DNA of 64,000 nucleotides, taken from NCBI GenBank assembly GCA_021772075.1, contig JAETNQ010000006.1, positions 13,380-77,379 on the forward strand, in the 5' to 3' direction. Below are positions 8,495 to 19,106 of this stretch, piece by piece (position 1 is the stretch's first letter; every line of letters starts with the position of its first letter). Below the pieces are notes generated by a model, which worked only from the letters and a program-made list of their open reading frames with translations, did not search any database and was not told the DNA's origin. This stretch comes from Lachnospiraceae bacterium (lineage in GTDB: Bacteria; Bacillota; Clostridia; Lachnospirales; Lachnospiraceae). Made by a program: the position numbers and the translations under genes.

Positions 8495-10906
8495 ATGGGG
8501 AATACCGGTGTAAAACAAAATATGCCTGTAGTGGCATTGCGGGGGATGGCGATACTGCCCCATACGATCATTCATTTTGATTTGAGCAGGAAAAAATCGA
8601 TAGCTGCTGTGGAGCAGGCGATGGTGGAAAGCCAGAGGATCTTCCTCGTGGCCCAGAAGGAGACGGAGGCAGAGGATCCCGGCTTTGAGGATGTTTATTC
8701 CATGGGGACGATTGCCTTGGTAAAACAGGTAATTAAGATGCCGAACCATATCGTACGGGTCATGGTGGAAGGAATCTTCCGTGGGGCATTGCATGGTTTT
8801 ACGGATAACGACGCTTATTTGGAAGGGGAAGTGGAGGAAATCGAGGAAGACCTGAATCTGCATGGAACCATACAGGAGGAAGCGATGATACGGCAGATCC
8901 GGGAGCTGTTTGCCGGTTATGCGGCATTTTATCCAAGAACCGGAGCGGCTATGGAACGCCATATCCAGGATATCGACGAATTGGGCTGCCTGTTGGACCA
9001 GGTGACGATCAATATGCCTTTAAATTATGAAAATAAACAGGCGGTGCTTTCCGCCGTGGATCTGGAAGAGCGCTACGAAGTGCTGGCAGGGATATTGAAC
9101 AGCGAGACCGAAGTCGCGAAGATCAAAACGGAGCTTTCCGAAAAGATAAAGGGAAGGGTGGAAAAGAACCAGAAAGAATACCTTTTGCGGGAACAGCTCC
9201 AGTTTATCCGGGAGGAGCTTGGGGAAGACAACTCTTTTTCCGATGCGGAGCAGTTCGAGGAAGAACTGGGCAAGCTGAAAGCGGAAAAGGAAGTGAAGGA
9301 GAAGATCCAGAAAGAAATCGCCCGTTACCGCAGGCTTTCCCAGAACAGTTCGGAAAGCGCAGTGGAACGGGGCTATATCGAAACGCTGCTGGAGCTGCCC
9401 TGGAATAAACGGACGAAGGATAATATGGATATCCTGAAAGCGGAAGAAGTGCTGGAAAGGGATCATTATGGGCTGAAACAGGTGAAAGAAAGGATATTGG
9501 AAGCTTTGGCAGTACGCTGTCTGACCAGGCAGGGGCAGTCGCCGATCCTTTGCCTGGTGGGGCCTCCGGGAACGGGGAAGACATCCATAGCCAAAAGCGT
9601 GGCCGAGGCCATGAACAGGAAGTATGTGCGTATCAGTCTGGGAGGGGTCAGGGATGAAGCGGAAATCCGGGGACACCGCCGAACCTATGTGGGGGCTATG
9701 CCGGGGCGTATCATTGCCGGTCTGAAACAGGCGGGTGTAAAGAATCCGCTTATGCTTTTGGATGAGATCGATAAGGTCAGCAGCGACTATAAAGGAGATA
9801 CTTCTTCGGCGCTGCTGGAGGTATTGGATGCGGAACAGAATAATAAGTTCAGGGATCATTATGTGGAGATTCCTGTGGATCTGTCGGAAGTGCTTTTTAT
9901 TGCCACGGCCAATTCCACGGCAACCATTCCCAGGCCGTTATTGGACCGTATGGAACTGATCGAGGTCAGCAGTTATACGGCCAACGAGAAATTCCATATT
10001 GCCAAGGAACATTTGGCGGCGAAGCAGTTTGAAAAAAACGGGCTGGATAACGGCCAGCTTTCTATCAGCGACAGCGCGTTGAAGAAAATGATAGAGTGTT
10101 ATACGAGGGAAGCCGGTGTCCGTGATCTGGAGCGGAAGATCGGAAGCGTCTGCCGGAAAGCGGCGAAGGAGATCCTGCAAAAAAAGAAAGAGCACATAAA
10201 GGTGACGGCTTCCAATCTGGAAAAATATCTGGGCAAGGAAAAATACAGCACGAATAAGGCAAACGAAAAGGATGAAGTCGGAATCGTAAGAGGGCTTGCC
10301 TGGACGAGCGTAGGCGGAGAGACGCTGCAGGTGGAAGTCAATGCGATGCCCGGAAAGGGAGAGGTCGATCTGACCGGACAGATGGGGGACGTCATGAAAG
10401 AATCGGCGCTGACGGGGTTAAGTTATGTCCGTTCCGTAAGCGGGCAGTATGGAATTCCCAAGGATACTTTCCGAAAAAATGATTTTCATATACATATTCC
10501 GGAAGGGGCTGTGCCAAAAGACGGTCCCAGCGCGGGTATTACGATGGCGACGGCTCTCTTGTCGGCGGTGACGGGGATTGCGGTAAGGGCTGATCTGGCG
10601 ATGACGGGAGAAATTACTTTAAGAGGCCGCGTACTGCCCATCGGAGGATTAAAGGAGAAGATTCTGGCGGCGAAGACGGCGGGGATCAAGACAGTACTCG
10701 TGCCGAAAAAGAATGAGAAGGACATAGAGGAGATCGCAGGAGAAATCAAGGCCGGGCTGTCGATCCATTTTGTAGGGAATATGGAAGAAGTCCTGTCCTT
10801 CGCTTTGACGGAAAAGCCGTTAAAAAGGAACCCGCCGGAGGAAAAAGCTGCCAAAGAAAAGGCGGCCAAAGGAAAAAACGGGAAAGGAAATAAAAATGGT
10901 AATTAA
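8495..10906 (+). CDS. lon: Lon protease
   Basis: GPPGTGKTS, RGHRRTYVGAMPG, PKDGPSAG, IGGLKEK. Confidence 0.97.
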   Translation: MGNTGVKQNMPVVALRGMAILPHTIIHFDLSRKKSIAAVEQAMVESQRIFLVAQKETEAEDPGFEDVYSMGTIALVKQVIKMPNHIVRVMVEGIFRGALHGFTDNDAYLEGEVEEIEEDLNLHGTIQEEAMIRQIRELFAGYAAFYPRTGAAMERHIQDIDELGCLLDQVTINMPLNYENKQAVLSAVDLEERYEVLAGILNSETEVAKIKTELSEKIKGRVEKNQKEYLLREQLQFIREELGEDNSFSDAEQFEEELGKLKAEKEVKEKIQKEIARYRRLSQNSSESAVERGYIETLLELPWNKRTKDNMDILKAEEVLERDHYGLKQVKERILEALAVRCLTRQGQSPILCLVGPPGTGKTSIAKSVAEAMNRKYVRISLGGVRDEAEIRGHRRTYVGAMPGRIIAGLKQAGVKNPLMLLDEIDKVSSDYKGDTSSALLEVLDAEQNNKFRDHYVEIPVDLSEVLFIATANSTATIPRPLLDRMELIEVSSYTANEKFHIAKEHLAAKQFEKNGLDNGQLSISDSALKKMIECYTREAGVRDLERKIGSVCRKAAKEILQKKKEHIKVTASNLEKYLGKEKYSTNKANEKDEVGIVRGLAWTSVGGETLQVEVNAMPGKGEVDLTGQMGDVMKESALTGLSYVRSVSGQYGIPKDTFRKNDFHIHIPEGAVPKDGPSAGITMATALLSAVTGIAVRADLAMTGEITLRGRVLPIGGLKEKILAAKTAGIKTVLVPKKNEKDIEEIAGEIKAGLSIHFVGNMEEVLSFALTEKPLKRNPPEEKAAKEKAAKGKNGKGNKNGN

Positions 10907-11501
10907 GGACGTGAATTTGGAAACAGTCTGCGGCATTACGAGCAAGATACCGGAAAATGCCCATATAGAGTTTGCATTTGCGGGGAAAAGCAACGTAGGG
11001 AAATCCTCGCTGATCAACGGGCTGATGAACCGTAAATCCCTGGCCAGGATAAGCGCCCAGCCGGGCAAGACCCAAACGATTAATTTTTATCATATCAATG
11101 AGCAATGTTATTTCGTGGACTTGCCGGGATACGGCTATACTACCGCTAATGTGAAAGTAAAGGAACAATGGGGAAAAATGGTGGAGCGTTATCTGCGCCG
11201 GACGAAAATGCTAAGATTGATTTTCCTGCTGGTTGATATCCGCCATGAACCCTCGGCCAACGATAAGACGATGTACGAATGGATGCTTCATTATGGGTTC
11301 CAGCCGGTTATTATTGCGACGAAGCTGGATAAAATTAAGAGGAGCCAGATCGAAAAGCAGGTGAAGATGATAAGGACAGGGCTGCAGGCAAGAAAGGATA
11401 CCATAATCATTCCTTGGTCTTCCATGACGAAACAGGGAAAGGAAGAAATTTATGCGCTGATGGACCGATATCTGGAGGAGAATGGGCAGGAGAAGGTGTA
11501 A
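10896..11501 (+). CDS. engB: Ribosome biogenesis GTPase YihA/YsxC
   Basis: GKSNVGKSS, DLPGYG, TKLDK; follows lon. Confidence 0.95.
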   Translation: MVIKDVNLETVCGITSKIPENAHIEFAFAGKSNVGKSSLINGLMNRKSLARISAQPGKTQTINFYHINEQCYFVDLPGYGYTTANVKVKEQWGKMVERYLRRTKMLRLIFLLVDIRHEPSANDKTMYEWMLHYGFQPVIIATKLDKIKRSQIEKQVKMIRTGLQARKDTIIIPWSSMTKQGKEEIYALMDRYLEENGQEKV

Positions 11502-11546
11502 CGCGGGAAAGGGAATAGCGGAGGAACAGGGATTGCCCATCCGGGA

Positions 11547-12767
11547 ATGGAGATGCTTATGAAACCATTGCGTAAGACATATATAAAAGTATTAATGAAT
11601 CTGGGGATCGCATTGCTGATCTTGATGCTGATTGTATTTCTGCTGCCGAAGGCGCTTTTGTTTTTTATGCCCTTTGTCATCGGATGGATCATTGCTCTGA
11701 TTGCGAATCCTCTGGTGCTTTTCTTTGAAAATAAGCTGAAGATCAAGCGGAAAGCGGGGACGGCTTTTGTCATTATCGCTGTTATCGCGCTGGTAGTATT
11801 GGCGGGATACCTGGTCGGAGCGAAAGTGGTAAAGGAAACCGTAGGGCTGATCAATGAACTGCCCGTGATGTGGGACGACTTGGAAGAAGATTTCCGGACC
11901 ATCGGCAAAAATATGGATATTTTATACAGCCGTTTTCCGGAGGAAGTGCGCAGTACGATCGCGGGCATCGGGGAACAGATGGAAGGTTTTGTAGGGGATC
12001 TCGTGGGCAGGGCAGGGACGCCGACGATCGCGGCCGTGGGGAATTTTGCAAAAAATCTTCCTACAATATTGATCGGGGTCATAATGTGCCTTTTATCGGC
12101 CTATTTCTTTGTGGCAGAGAGGGAATATTTGTCTGTTAATGTGAAGAGCCATATACCGGAAGCGGTTCTTTACCATTGGAATTTGATGTCCCGCAGTTTC
12201 AAGCGCGCGGTGGGCGGTTATTTTAAGGCCCAGTTTAAAATTGAAGTATGGATGTACCTCCTTTTGGTGCTGGGGCTTTGGATTTTGAAGGTGAACTATG
12301 CTTTTTTGATCGCGCTCGGAATCGCTTTTCTGGATTTCCTGCCGGTGTTCGGCACGGGAACGGTGCTGATGCCATGGGCCGTGATCAAGATACTCAGCGC
12401 GGATTATAAGATGGCGGTTGGTCTTATGATCATATGGTGCGGCGGGCAATTAGCGCGGCAGATCATCCAGCCGAAGATCGTGGGTGACTCGATCGGCGTT
12501 CCGCCGATCCCTACCATATTTCTTCTGTTTATCGGCTATAAGGCGGCGGGGGTATTCGGTATGATCGTGGCGGTGCCTATCGGCATTATTTTTGCCAATA
12601 TGTATGAAGAGGGCGTGTTTGACACGACGAAAAACAGCATAAAAATATTGCTGGCGGGCATTAATAATTTCCGCCGCCTGGATGAAGAAGATATGGCGGT
12701 AGTGGAAGAGTATGAGAAATACCAAAGGGAAAAAATCAGGGAACAGGAAAAGAAGGAAATCATGTAA
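11547..12767 (+). CDS. ytvI: Sporulation integral membrane protein YtvI (AI-2E family)
   Basis: LDFLPVFGTG, QPKIVGDSIG motifs; multi-TM. Confidence 0.8.
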   Translation: MEMLMKPLRKTYIKVLMNLGIALLILMLIVFLLPKALLFFMPFVIGWIIALIANPLVLFFENKLKIKRKAGTAFVIIAVIALVVLAGYLVGAKVVKETVGLINELPVMWDDLEEDFRTIGKNMDILYSRFPEEVRSTIAGIGEQMEGFVGDLVGRAGTPTIAAVGNFAKNLPTILIGVIMCLLSAYFFVAEREYLSVNVKSHIPEAVLYHWNLMSRSFKRAVGGYFKAQFKIEVWMYLLLVLGLWILKVNYAFLIALGIAFLDFLPVFGTGTVLMPWAVIKILSADYKMAVGLMIIWCGGQLARQIIQPKIVGDSIGVPPIPTIFLLFIGYKAAGVFGMIVAVPIGIIFANMYEEGVFDTTKNSIKILLAGINNFRRLDEEDMAVVEEYEKYQREKIREQEKKEIM

Positions 12768-12803
12768 GGCTGCAAAGAGGCAGGGGAAGGCATGGGGGTT
12801 AGT

Positions 12804-13787
12804 ATGAAAGTGACGGTATATAGCTGCAGGGAATTCGATGAAAAGGAATTATTCATCAAGTATGGCAGGGAGATGGGGATCGAGCTTGTTCTTTGCCAGG
12901 ATGCGCCGTGCATGGATAATGTAAAGCTGGCGGAAGGAAGCGACTGTATGGACATCCTTACGACTCAAATGACGAAAGAGCTGCTGGCGGCCTATCAAGA
13001 AGCGGGGATCCGCTATCTGGTAACGCGTACCATAGGCTATGACCATATCGATATGGATGCGGCGAAAGAACTGGGGATCACGGTGGCGAATGCGCCTTAC
13101 GGCCCGCATGGAGTGGCAGATTATGCGGTGATGCTGATTCTGATGTCTATCCGGAAGATGAAGCGGATCGTAGAGCGTACGAATATTCAGGATTATACTT
13201 TGAAGGGGATTCAAGGGCGGGAACTGAAGGACATGACTGTCGGCGTGATCGGCACAGGAAGAATCGGGAGAACGGTCATCGGGAATTTATCCGGTTTTGG
13301 ATGTAAATTGCTTGCGTATGATTTGCTGGAAAATGAAGGGGTGAAAAAATACGCAGAATATGTTACACTGGAAGAAATATGGAGGCGTGCGGATATCATT
13401 ACCCTGCATGCGCCTCTTACGAATGAAAATTACCACATGATAGGGGCGGATACCATTGCCAGAATGAAGGACGGCGTGGTCATCGTCAATACGGCGCGGG
13501 GAGGGCTGATCGATTCCGAAGCTTTGATCGCGGGGGTCGAATCGGGAAAAATCGGTGCGGCCGGCCTGGATGTGGTGGAGAATGAATTTGAGCTTTATTA
13601 TTATGACAGAAAATCAGATGTATTGCATAACAGGGAGCTGGCGGTTTTAAGAGGGTTCCCTAACGTAACGGTAACGCACCATATGGCATTTTATACCGAT
13701 GAGTGCGTGAGGACAGTAGTCAGGGATTCCCTGGCGGGGTGCAGATTATTTATGGAAGGAAAGAAAAATCCCTGGGAGGTCGCATAA
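12804..13787 (+). CDS. D-isomer-specific 2-hydroxyacid (D-lactate, VanH-like) dehydrogenase
   Basis: TRTIGYDHID, GTGRIG, NTARG, LDVVENE, HMAFYT. Confidence 0.9.
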   Translation: MKVTVYSCREFDEKELFIKYGREMGIELVLCQDAPCMDNVKLAEGSDCMDILTTQMTKELLAAYQEAGIRYLVTRTIGYDHIDMDAAKELGITVANAPYGPHGVADYAVMLILMSIRKMKRIVERTNIQDYTLKGIQGRELKDMTVGVIGTGRIGRTVIGNLSGFGCKLLAYDLLENEGVKKYAEYVTLEEIWRRADIITLHAPLTNENYHMIGADTIARMKDGVVIVNTARGGLIDSEALIAGVESGKIGAAGLDVVENEFELYYYDRKSDVLHNRELAVLRGFPNVTVTHHMAFYTDECVRTVVRDSLAGCRLFMEGKKNPWEVA

Positions 13788-14528
13788 TTGCGCAACATAA
13801 AAGTAATACTTCAATATGAAGGAACGAGATATCAGGGCTGGCAGAGGCAGGATGGCACGGACAACACGATTCAGGGAAAGCTGGAAGCTTTGCTTGGCAG
13901 AATGTGCGGGCATAAAGTAGAAGTCATTGGTTCGGGGAGAACGGATGCCGGCGTCCATGCTTATGGGCAGACGGCGAATTTCCATATCGAAACGCAGATG
14001 GGGCTTCAGGAAATCATGGATTATATGAACCGGTATCTGCCGGAGGATATTGCCGTTATCGATATCAAAGAGGCATCCGAACGCTTTCACAGCAGATTGA
14101 ATGTAAAGGGAAAAGTTTACCAGTACCGGGTGATAAACAGCGGCGTTCCTCATATATTTGATAGAAGATATGTCCATGTGGTGGAAGAAAAGCTGGATGT
14201 GGACGCGATGAAGCGGGCGGCGGAGGTCTTATGCGGAACCCATGATTACCGGGCGTTTACGTCCAAGAAAAGGGGAAGGAAGTCCACCGTGCGTACGGTA
14301 GATTCCATTTCTATCGGGAAAGAAGGGGACGAGATCAGATTTACATTCCGTGGAGATGGCTTTTTATATCATATGGTACGGATTATGATGGGAACCCTGC
14401 TGGAAGCAGGGCTGCACAAAAGAGACGCGGCACAGATAGCGGAACTGCTGGAAGCAGGAACGAGGGAAGAGGCCGGTTATCTGGCGCCTGCCAAGGGATT
14501 AGCTTTGGTGGAGGTTTTTTATTCGTGA
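13788..14528 (+). CDS. truA: tRNA pseudouridine(38-40) synthase
   Basis: YEGTRYQGWQ, GSGRTDAGVHA, GFLYHMVRI; TTG start. Confidence 0.93.
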   Translation: MRNIKVILQYEGTRYQGWQRQDGTDNTIQGKLEALLGRMCGHKVEVIGSGRTDAGVHAYGQTANFHIETQMGLQEIMDYMNRYLPEDIAVIDIKEASERFHSRLNVKGKVYQYRVINSGVPHIFDRRYVHVVEEKLDVDAMKRAAEVLCGTHDYRAFTSKKRGRKSTVRTVDSISIGKEGDEIRFTFRGDGFLYHMVRIMMGTLLEAGLHKRDAAQIAELLEAGTREEAGYLAPAKGLALVEVFYS

Positions 14529-14989
14529 ACAAATCAAAACGCATAAAGATTGTGTTTTATATATATATAGCGATCGTGATCAAGGTGATTATTTTTAAAT
14601 ATCCATGGGAGGATCTGAAGGCGATCGCGGCTACATGGGAAAAAGGCGTTATCTTGGAAGGTCTGGATACCGCTAATTTTACCTTGTTTAAAACAATTAA
14701 AATGTATATCAACTATTCCTATATGTTGAACAGCTTTGAAAATCTGGCGGGGAACATCGTTGTTTTCGTTCCCTTTGGTTTTTTACTGCCATATATGTTA
14801 AAAGGAGCCGCCAAGTTTCCTGTTTTGCTGTTGAATGCTTTTTTATTTGTACTCGGCATTGAGGTATTCCAGTTGTTCAGCGCTTTTGGCGCTTTCGATG
14901 TGGATGATATCCTGTTGAACTGCTTCGGGGCTTCGCTGGGCTGGGTGATATACCGGATTTGGGAGAGAAGGAAGACAAAGGCGGAGTAG
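14525..14989 (+). CDS. VanZ family membrane protein
   Basis: GNIVVFVPFGF, IEVFQ, FDVDDILLN. Confidence 0.88.
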   Translation: MNKSKRIKIVFYIYIAIVIKVIIFKYPWEDLKAIAATWEKGVILEGLDTANFTLFKTIKMYINYSYMLNSFENLAGNIVVFVPFGFLLPYMLKGAAKFPVLLLNAFLFVLGIEVFQLFSAFGAFDVDDILLNCFGASLGWVIYRIWERRKTKAE

Positions 14990-14999
14990 ATAAAGGGAG

Positions 15000-15030
15000 A
15001 AAAAGTGTGCAAAGAAGTACACTTTTTTTT
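15000..15030 (+). terminator. Intrinsic terminator
   Basis: AAAAAGTGTGC-AAAGAA-GTACACTTTTTTTT. Confidence 0.75.
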
Positions 15031-15034
15031 ATTA

Positions 15035-15108
15035 CAATAAGCTGGCTCGCGAAGCGTGACAGCGTTTGTTGCAATAAGCCGGCTCGCGAAGCGTGACAGC
15101 GTTTGTTG
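15035..15108 (+). repeat. Tandem pair of a 37-bp hairpin repeat
   Basis: CAATAAGC(T/C)GGCTCGCGAAGCGTGACAGCGTTTGTTG at 15035-15071 and 15072-15108, one mismatch. Confidence 0.95.
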
Positions 15109-15277
15109 TTGAAACTTTTTTGCCTCATCAGGCGTCTAATAAAGGGAAGGTAAAAAATAATAAAAAAATAATAATTTTTTTTGCAGTATTTTAGATTTGT
15201 ATGGGATATTACTATATAGAACGGCGTTTGGCTTAGAACGTGCAGGGGATAAATCACAAAGACGAGAGACAATACAT

Positions 15278-15847
15278 ATGGCAGAGAAGAGGAACGGCAG
15301 AGAGGAAGTATCTGTTTCACAGGCGGCGTATATGGAAACGCTGCAGGAAAAAATAAATAATTACAGCGATTTATTATATAGAATTGCATTTTTACAGCTG
15401 AAAAACAATCAGGATGCAGAGGATGTGGTGCAGGAGACGTTTTACCAGTTGGTGAAGAGCCGGAAGGAATTTGAGACGCCGGAGCATGAAAAGGCATGGC
15501 TTATTAAGGTGACTTTAAATGGCTGCCGGAAGGTATGGCGTTCCGCATGGTACAGGCATACGGATATCGTGCCGGCGGGGGAACTGCCGGAAAGCGGCCC
15601 GGCGGAGGCCGGGGGTACGATGGAGGCCGGTATTCTGGAAAAAGAAAGAAACCGGGAAATCATGGAAGCGGTCTGGAAACTTCCAAGAAGGTACAGAGAA
15701 GTGATCCATTTGTTTTACTTTCAGCAGATGAGTGTCAAAGAGATCGGCGCTGCCACTGGAAGAAAAGAATCGACGGTAACGTCGCAGTTGACGAGAGGCA
15801 GGGAACTGCTGAAAAAAAATCTGAGGGAGGAGTATCGGTATGAATGA
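15278..15847 (+). CDS. ECF RNA polymerase sigma factor
   Basis: DAEDVVQETF, KAWLIKVTLN, region 4 LPRRYREVIHLFYFQQMSVKEI...TVTSQLTRGR. Confidence 0.92.
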   Translation: MAEKRNGREEVSVSQAAYMETLQEKINNYSDLLYRIAFLQLKNNQDAEDVVQETFYQLVKSRKEFETPEHEKAWLIKVTLNGCRKVWRSAWYRHTDIVPAGELPESGPAEAGGTMEAGILEKERNREIMEAVWKLPRRYREVIHLFYFQQMSVKEIGAATGRKESTVTSQLTRGRELLKKNLREEYRYE

Positions 15848-16709
15848 ATTTAAGGATTGTTACCAGTCGGCGGTAAAAGATATGGGCATACTGGGCATGA
15901 AAGAATTCCATATAGAGGCTTCCCAATGCATGGACGAAGGCCGGCATCACCGCCGGATGATGCGCCGGATGAGGAGATCGGCGGCGACGGCTTTTTCTGC
16001 CGCATGTGTCGTGTTCCTTTGCGGATTTGGAACGGTGAAGGCAGCGGAGTATTTTGAAAATATCATCAAGGTGAAAGAATGGGGATTTGAATCTGCCGAT
16101 GCCGCGACGATGGCGAGGAATGAAGAGGAAAATGATCAGGCATATATCATTTCGGAAGAAGTGGGGAGGGCCGTAGAAACCGGAAGGAACAAAAAAGCGG
16201 ATGCGGCTGAAGATGAGGAAGCTGTCCAAGGGTTTGCGGAATCGGTGGAAGTGGAAGAAATACCAGTGAAAAATTATTCTTCTTTCCAGGAGTTTCGGGA
16301 GGAAAATGAAGATATTATCTTTCCGCAGCCGTCTATAAGTACAAGGGCGGAAGAAATGAGAGCGACCGTATGCGGAAATTGGGCTATGATCCGCTATGAC
16401 CTGGATGGCAAGGTGGTCTGGGTGGAGCGTACCGACTATGCGGATACGAAGGGGCATGCGTCCTCTAAGGTATTTCCGGGCGGCATCTGCAATGAAAGGC
16501 AGTATACAACGGCGCAAGGGTACACTTACACACTGGTGGATTCTATAAAGGAAGATGAGGATGACCAGCTTCAGATCCATGGGGCTGTCAGCGTGGGAAC
16601 CTATGAAGCCTATATCGATTTTGCGGGTTATACCGAAGAAGAAGCGAAGGAAATTATAGAAAGCATCGATCTGAGTTTATATGAACAGGGGAGAAATGAA
16701 GGTAAGTAA
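15840..16709 (+). CDS. Putative anti-sigma factor (single TM, extracytoplasmic domain)
   Basis: Overlaps the ECF stop; short N-terminus, one TM, acidic C-terminal domain. Confidence 0.7.
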   Translation: MNEFKDCYQSAVKDMGILGMKEFHIEASQCMDEGRHHRRMMRRMRRSAATAFSAACVVFLCGFGTVKAAEYFENIIKVKEWGFESADAATMARNEEENDQAYIISEEVGRAVETGRNKKADAAEDEEAVQGFAESVEVEEIPVKNYSSFQEFREENEDIIFPQPSISTRAEEMRATVCGNWAMIRYDLDGKVVWVERTDYADTKGHASSKVFPGGICNERQYTTAQGYTYTLVDSIKEDEDDQLQIHGAVSVGTYEAYIDFAGYTEEEAKEIIESIDLSLYEQGRNEGK

Positions 16710-16745
16710 AAGAAGGGATAAGGTTTTGGGAGAGGAGGAAACCGA

Positions 16746-17432
16746 ATGAAAAATGTATTAATTTACAACCAGAATGAAACGAACATGGAAGTGCTTAAGA
16801 TTTTTCTGGCACAGGAAGGATATCAGGTATTTGTTGCGAGCAAGCTGGAGGATGTCGTGAAAAGGGTCGGAGAAAAAGATATTCATTTAGTAGTGATGGA
16901 TATCGATTTTCCTATGCACGACGGTATCGAGCAGTTGAAGGCAATCCGTAAGGCGGACAGGATGCCGATTATCGTATTGTCTGCCAATGACAAGGAACAG
17001 ACGAAGATAGCGGCGCTTAATGCAGGGGCGGATGATTATGTGATCCATCCGTTTCATCCGCTGGAATTCATGGCGAGGATCAACTGCCAGTTCAGAAGGT
17101 ACACGCAGCTGGCGCGCATGAGGGATAATATTGACCGGATTTACCGGGTGGATGATCTGGTCATCGATGATATTATGCGTAAGGTGACAGTGGCGGGCAA
17201 GGAGGTCAGCCTGACCCCTATAGAGTATAAGATACTCCGGCTGCTGGTGCAGGAAAAGGGGAAGGTTTTTTCCATCAACCAGATTTATGAGACGATCTGG
17301 AATATGCAGGCGATCGGGGCGGATAATACCATTGCCGTACATATCCGGCATATCCGGGAGAAAATAGAACAGAATCCGAAGGAACCCCATTATTTGAAAG
17401 TGGTGTGGGGAACCGGTTATAAAGTAGGATAA
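16746..17432 (+). CDS. OmpR-family response regulator (no adjacent kinase)
   Basis: LVVMDI, GADDYV, LTPIEYKIL, VHIRHIREKIE, VWGTGYK. Confidence 0.93.
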   Translation: MKNVLIYNQNETNMEVLKIFLAQEGYQVFVASKLEDVVKRVGEKDIHLVVMDIDFPMHDGIEQLKAIRKADRMPIIVLSANDKEQTKIAALNAGADDYVIHPFHPLEFMARINCQFRRYTQLARMRDNIDRIYRVDDLVIDDIMRKVTVAGKEVSLTPIEYKILRLLVQEKGKVFSINQIYETIWNMQAIGADNTIAVHIRHIREKIEQNPKEPHYLKVVWGTGYKVG

Positions 17433-17448
17433 GTGGGAACGGACAGAA

Positions 17449-17925
17449 TCATCTTCCTTTTTTTATCCTTTTCATCACTATTTTTCGCATGATGTCACAC
17501 AACTGGAAGAATGACACGATTGTCAGACAAACGGAAAGGACAAGCACGGCATATTTCAGAAATTGACTTTTGCCGTTCTCCAACGCTCCGTTCAAAATGG
17601 GAACGCCGAGTACCAGGGCGAGATAGAAAAATACCGGCGGGAGGAATTTACGGAATGGCCGCCGGGTGACCAGGCCGGCCAGATGGTAAATAATGCAAAG
17701 AGAAGTAAAATATACGAATATTCCGATCAGCGTATGGAGCCTGGCGGGGGCGATATACCGTTCCATAATGACCGGAAGGTAAATGGAAAGAAGGATGCGG
17801 ATGGTATTAACTAATATGGTCAATATGTAAGAGCATGGAAAAGTAAGGGCTGTCCAGAAAAATTTTTTGCATTTTGTATCCATCTGGTGGACAAATGGAA
17901 AAAGCAAAAGTTGTATCAAGGGATC
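17449..17925 (-). pseudogene. C-terminal remnant of an exosortase (XrtK-like)
   Basis: LTILVNTIRILLSIYLP and RLHTLIGIFVYF match the exosortase Arg and His motifs; no CSG catalytic-Cys segment or credible start upstream. Confidence 0.55.
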
Positions 17926-17984
17926 CGCCCGGGCTTTTGCACGTCTGGACAGAAGAAGCCGGAAAGGGTAAAATAGAAGCAGAA

Positions 17985-18046
17985 CGTGAAGAAAAGTTCT
18001 AAAGCTCACAGCAAGGGCTGATTGTGGGATGCCGCGCAGCGGCATC
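17985..18046 (+). repeat. Truncated/degenerate copy of the ~115-nt structured element
   Basis: CGTGAAGAAAAGTTCTAAAGCTCACAGCAAGGGCTG matches the 5' third of the copies at 45388, 49376 and 53866. Confidence 0.65.
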
Positions 18047-18058
18047 ATGGAGGGTAGA

Positions 18059-18943
18059 ATGAAAAAAACAGAACGGAAAAAATTATGCCGCATTTGTTTA
18101 TGCATAGTACTTTTGTCTGTCAGCTGTTTGGGTGTGCTTTCTGGCTGCGGGGCGTTGCCGCAGAGTGCAGCCGTTGGGGAAATGCCGGAAAATCCCGGCA
18201 TCAGAGTAACATTTTTTGATGTGGGGAAGGGAGACGCGATCCTTATTGAGACAGAAAATCACAGTATGCTTATCGATTCCGGCTATGATGATACGGCGGG
18301 GCTTATTTTGGGGTATTTGGAGCGCGAAGACATCGACCGGCTGGATTATATGCTCATTACCCACTTTGACAAGGATCATGTAGGCGGAGCGGACCGGGTG
18401 CTGGAAGCCGTCGAAGTGGGGGAGGTTCTTCAGCCGGATTACGAATCCGAAGCCAAACAATATCGCGAATATATGGAAACGATGGAAGCAGGGAAGATGC
18501 GCCCCCGGCTCGTCACGGAAACACTCAGCCTGTCGCTGGATGAAGCAGAACTTCTGGTTTATCCTCCCCAGCGCCGGGATTATGAAGAGGAGGATAACGA
18601 TTTTTCGCTTGTTGTCAGTATGCGTTATGGAGAAAAAAGTTTTCTCTTTGCAGGAGACAGCGAAAGAGAACGGCTGGAGGAACTCCTTGGCCAACAGGAA
18701 TTTCCCCTCGCCCACGACATACTCAAAGTCCCTCACCACGGAAGGGCGGAAAAGAATTCAGAAGAATTCTTCCAGGCCGTCATGCCGGAAACTGCGGTCA
18801 TCACGTGTTCTAAAGATAAACTCCCCGACCGGGAAGTTCTTTTGCTTCTTGAGCAGCTGGGAACAAAAATATATTTGACTACGGAAGGATCCCTTACTTT
18901 TTTCTGTAACGGAAAAAAACTGGAGATTTTACAACAGCAATGA
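18059..18943 (+). CDS. ComEC/Rec2-like metallo-beta-lactamase-fold lipoprotein
   Basis: DVGKGDAILI, THFDKDHVGG, AGDSE, KVPHHG; lipobox-like LSGC. Confidence 0.88.
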   Translation: MKKTERKKLCRICLCIVLLSVSCLGVLSGCGALPQSAAVGEMPENPGIRVTFFDVGKGDAILIETENHSMLIDSGYDDTAGLILGYLEREDIDRLDYMLITHFDKDHVGGADRVLEAVEVGEVLQPDYESEAKQYREYMETMEAGKMRPRLVTETLSLSLDEAELLVYPPQRRDYEEEDNDFSLVVSMRYGEKSFLFAGDSERERLEELLGQQEFPLAHDILKVPHHGRAEKNSEEFFQAVMPETAVITCSKDKLPDREVLLLLEQLGTKIYLTTEGSLTFFCNGKKLEILQQQ

Positions 18944-19106
18944 TTATGGAAAAGAATTTCCGTGCTGCCTGTTTTTTGGCGGGTTCTGCGGAAATTCTTT
19001 TTTTCCCTTCTCAGATAATCTTCAGAAAATTTTGTCTGAAAATAAACGCAGGTCTGTTCCAAATCCGAATATCATGTTATACTATATCGTTAGAGGTGCA
19101 AAAATC

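Noticed and set aside
12804-14989. VanH-like dehydrogenase and VanZ as a glycopeptide-resistance cluster
   Set aside because: No D-Ala-D-Lac ligase, VanX/VanY or VanRS; truA lies between them; both families are common housekeeping neighbours.
15035-15108. 37-bp repeats as a CRISPR array
   Set aside because: The copies abut with no spacer, there are only two, and no cas genes are present.
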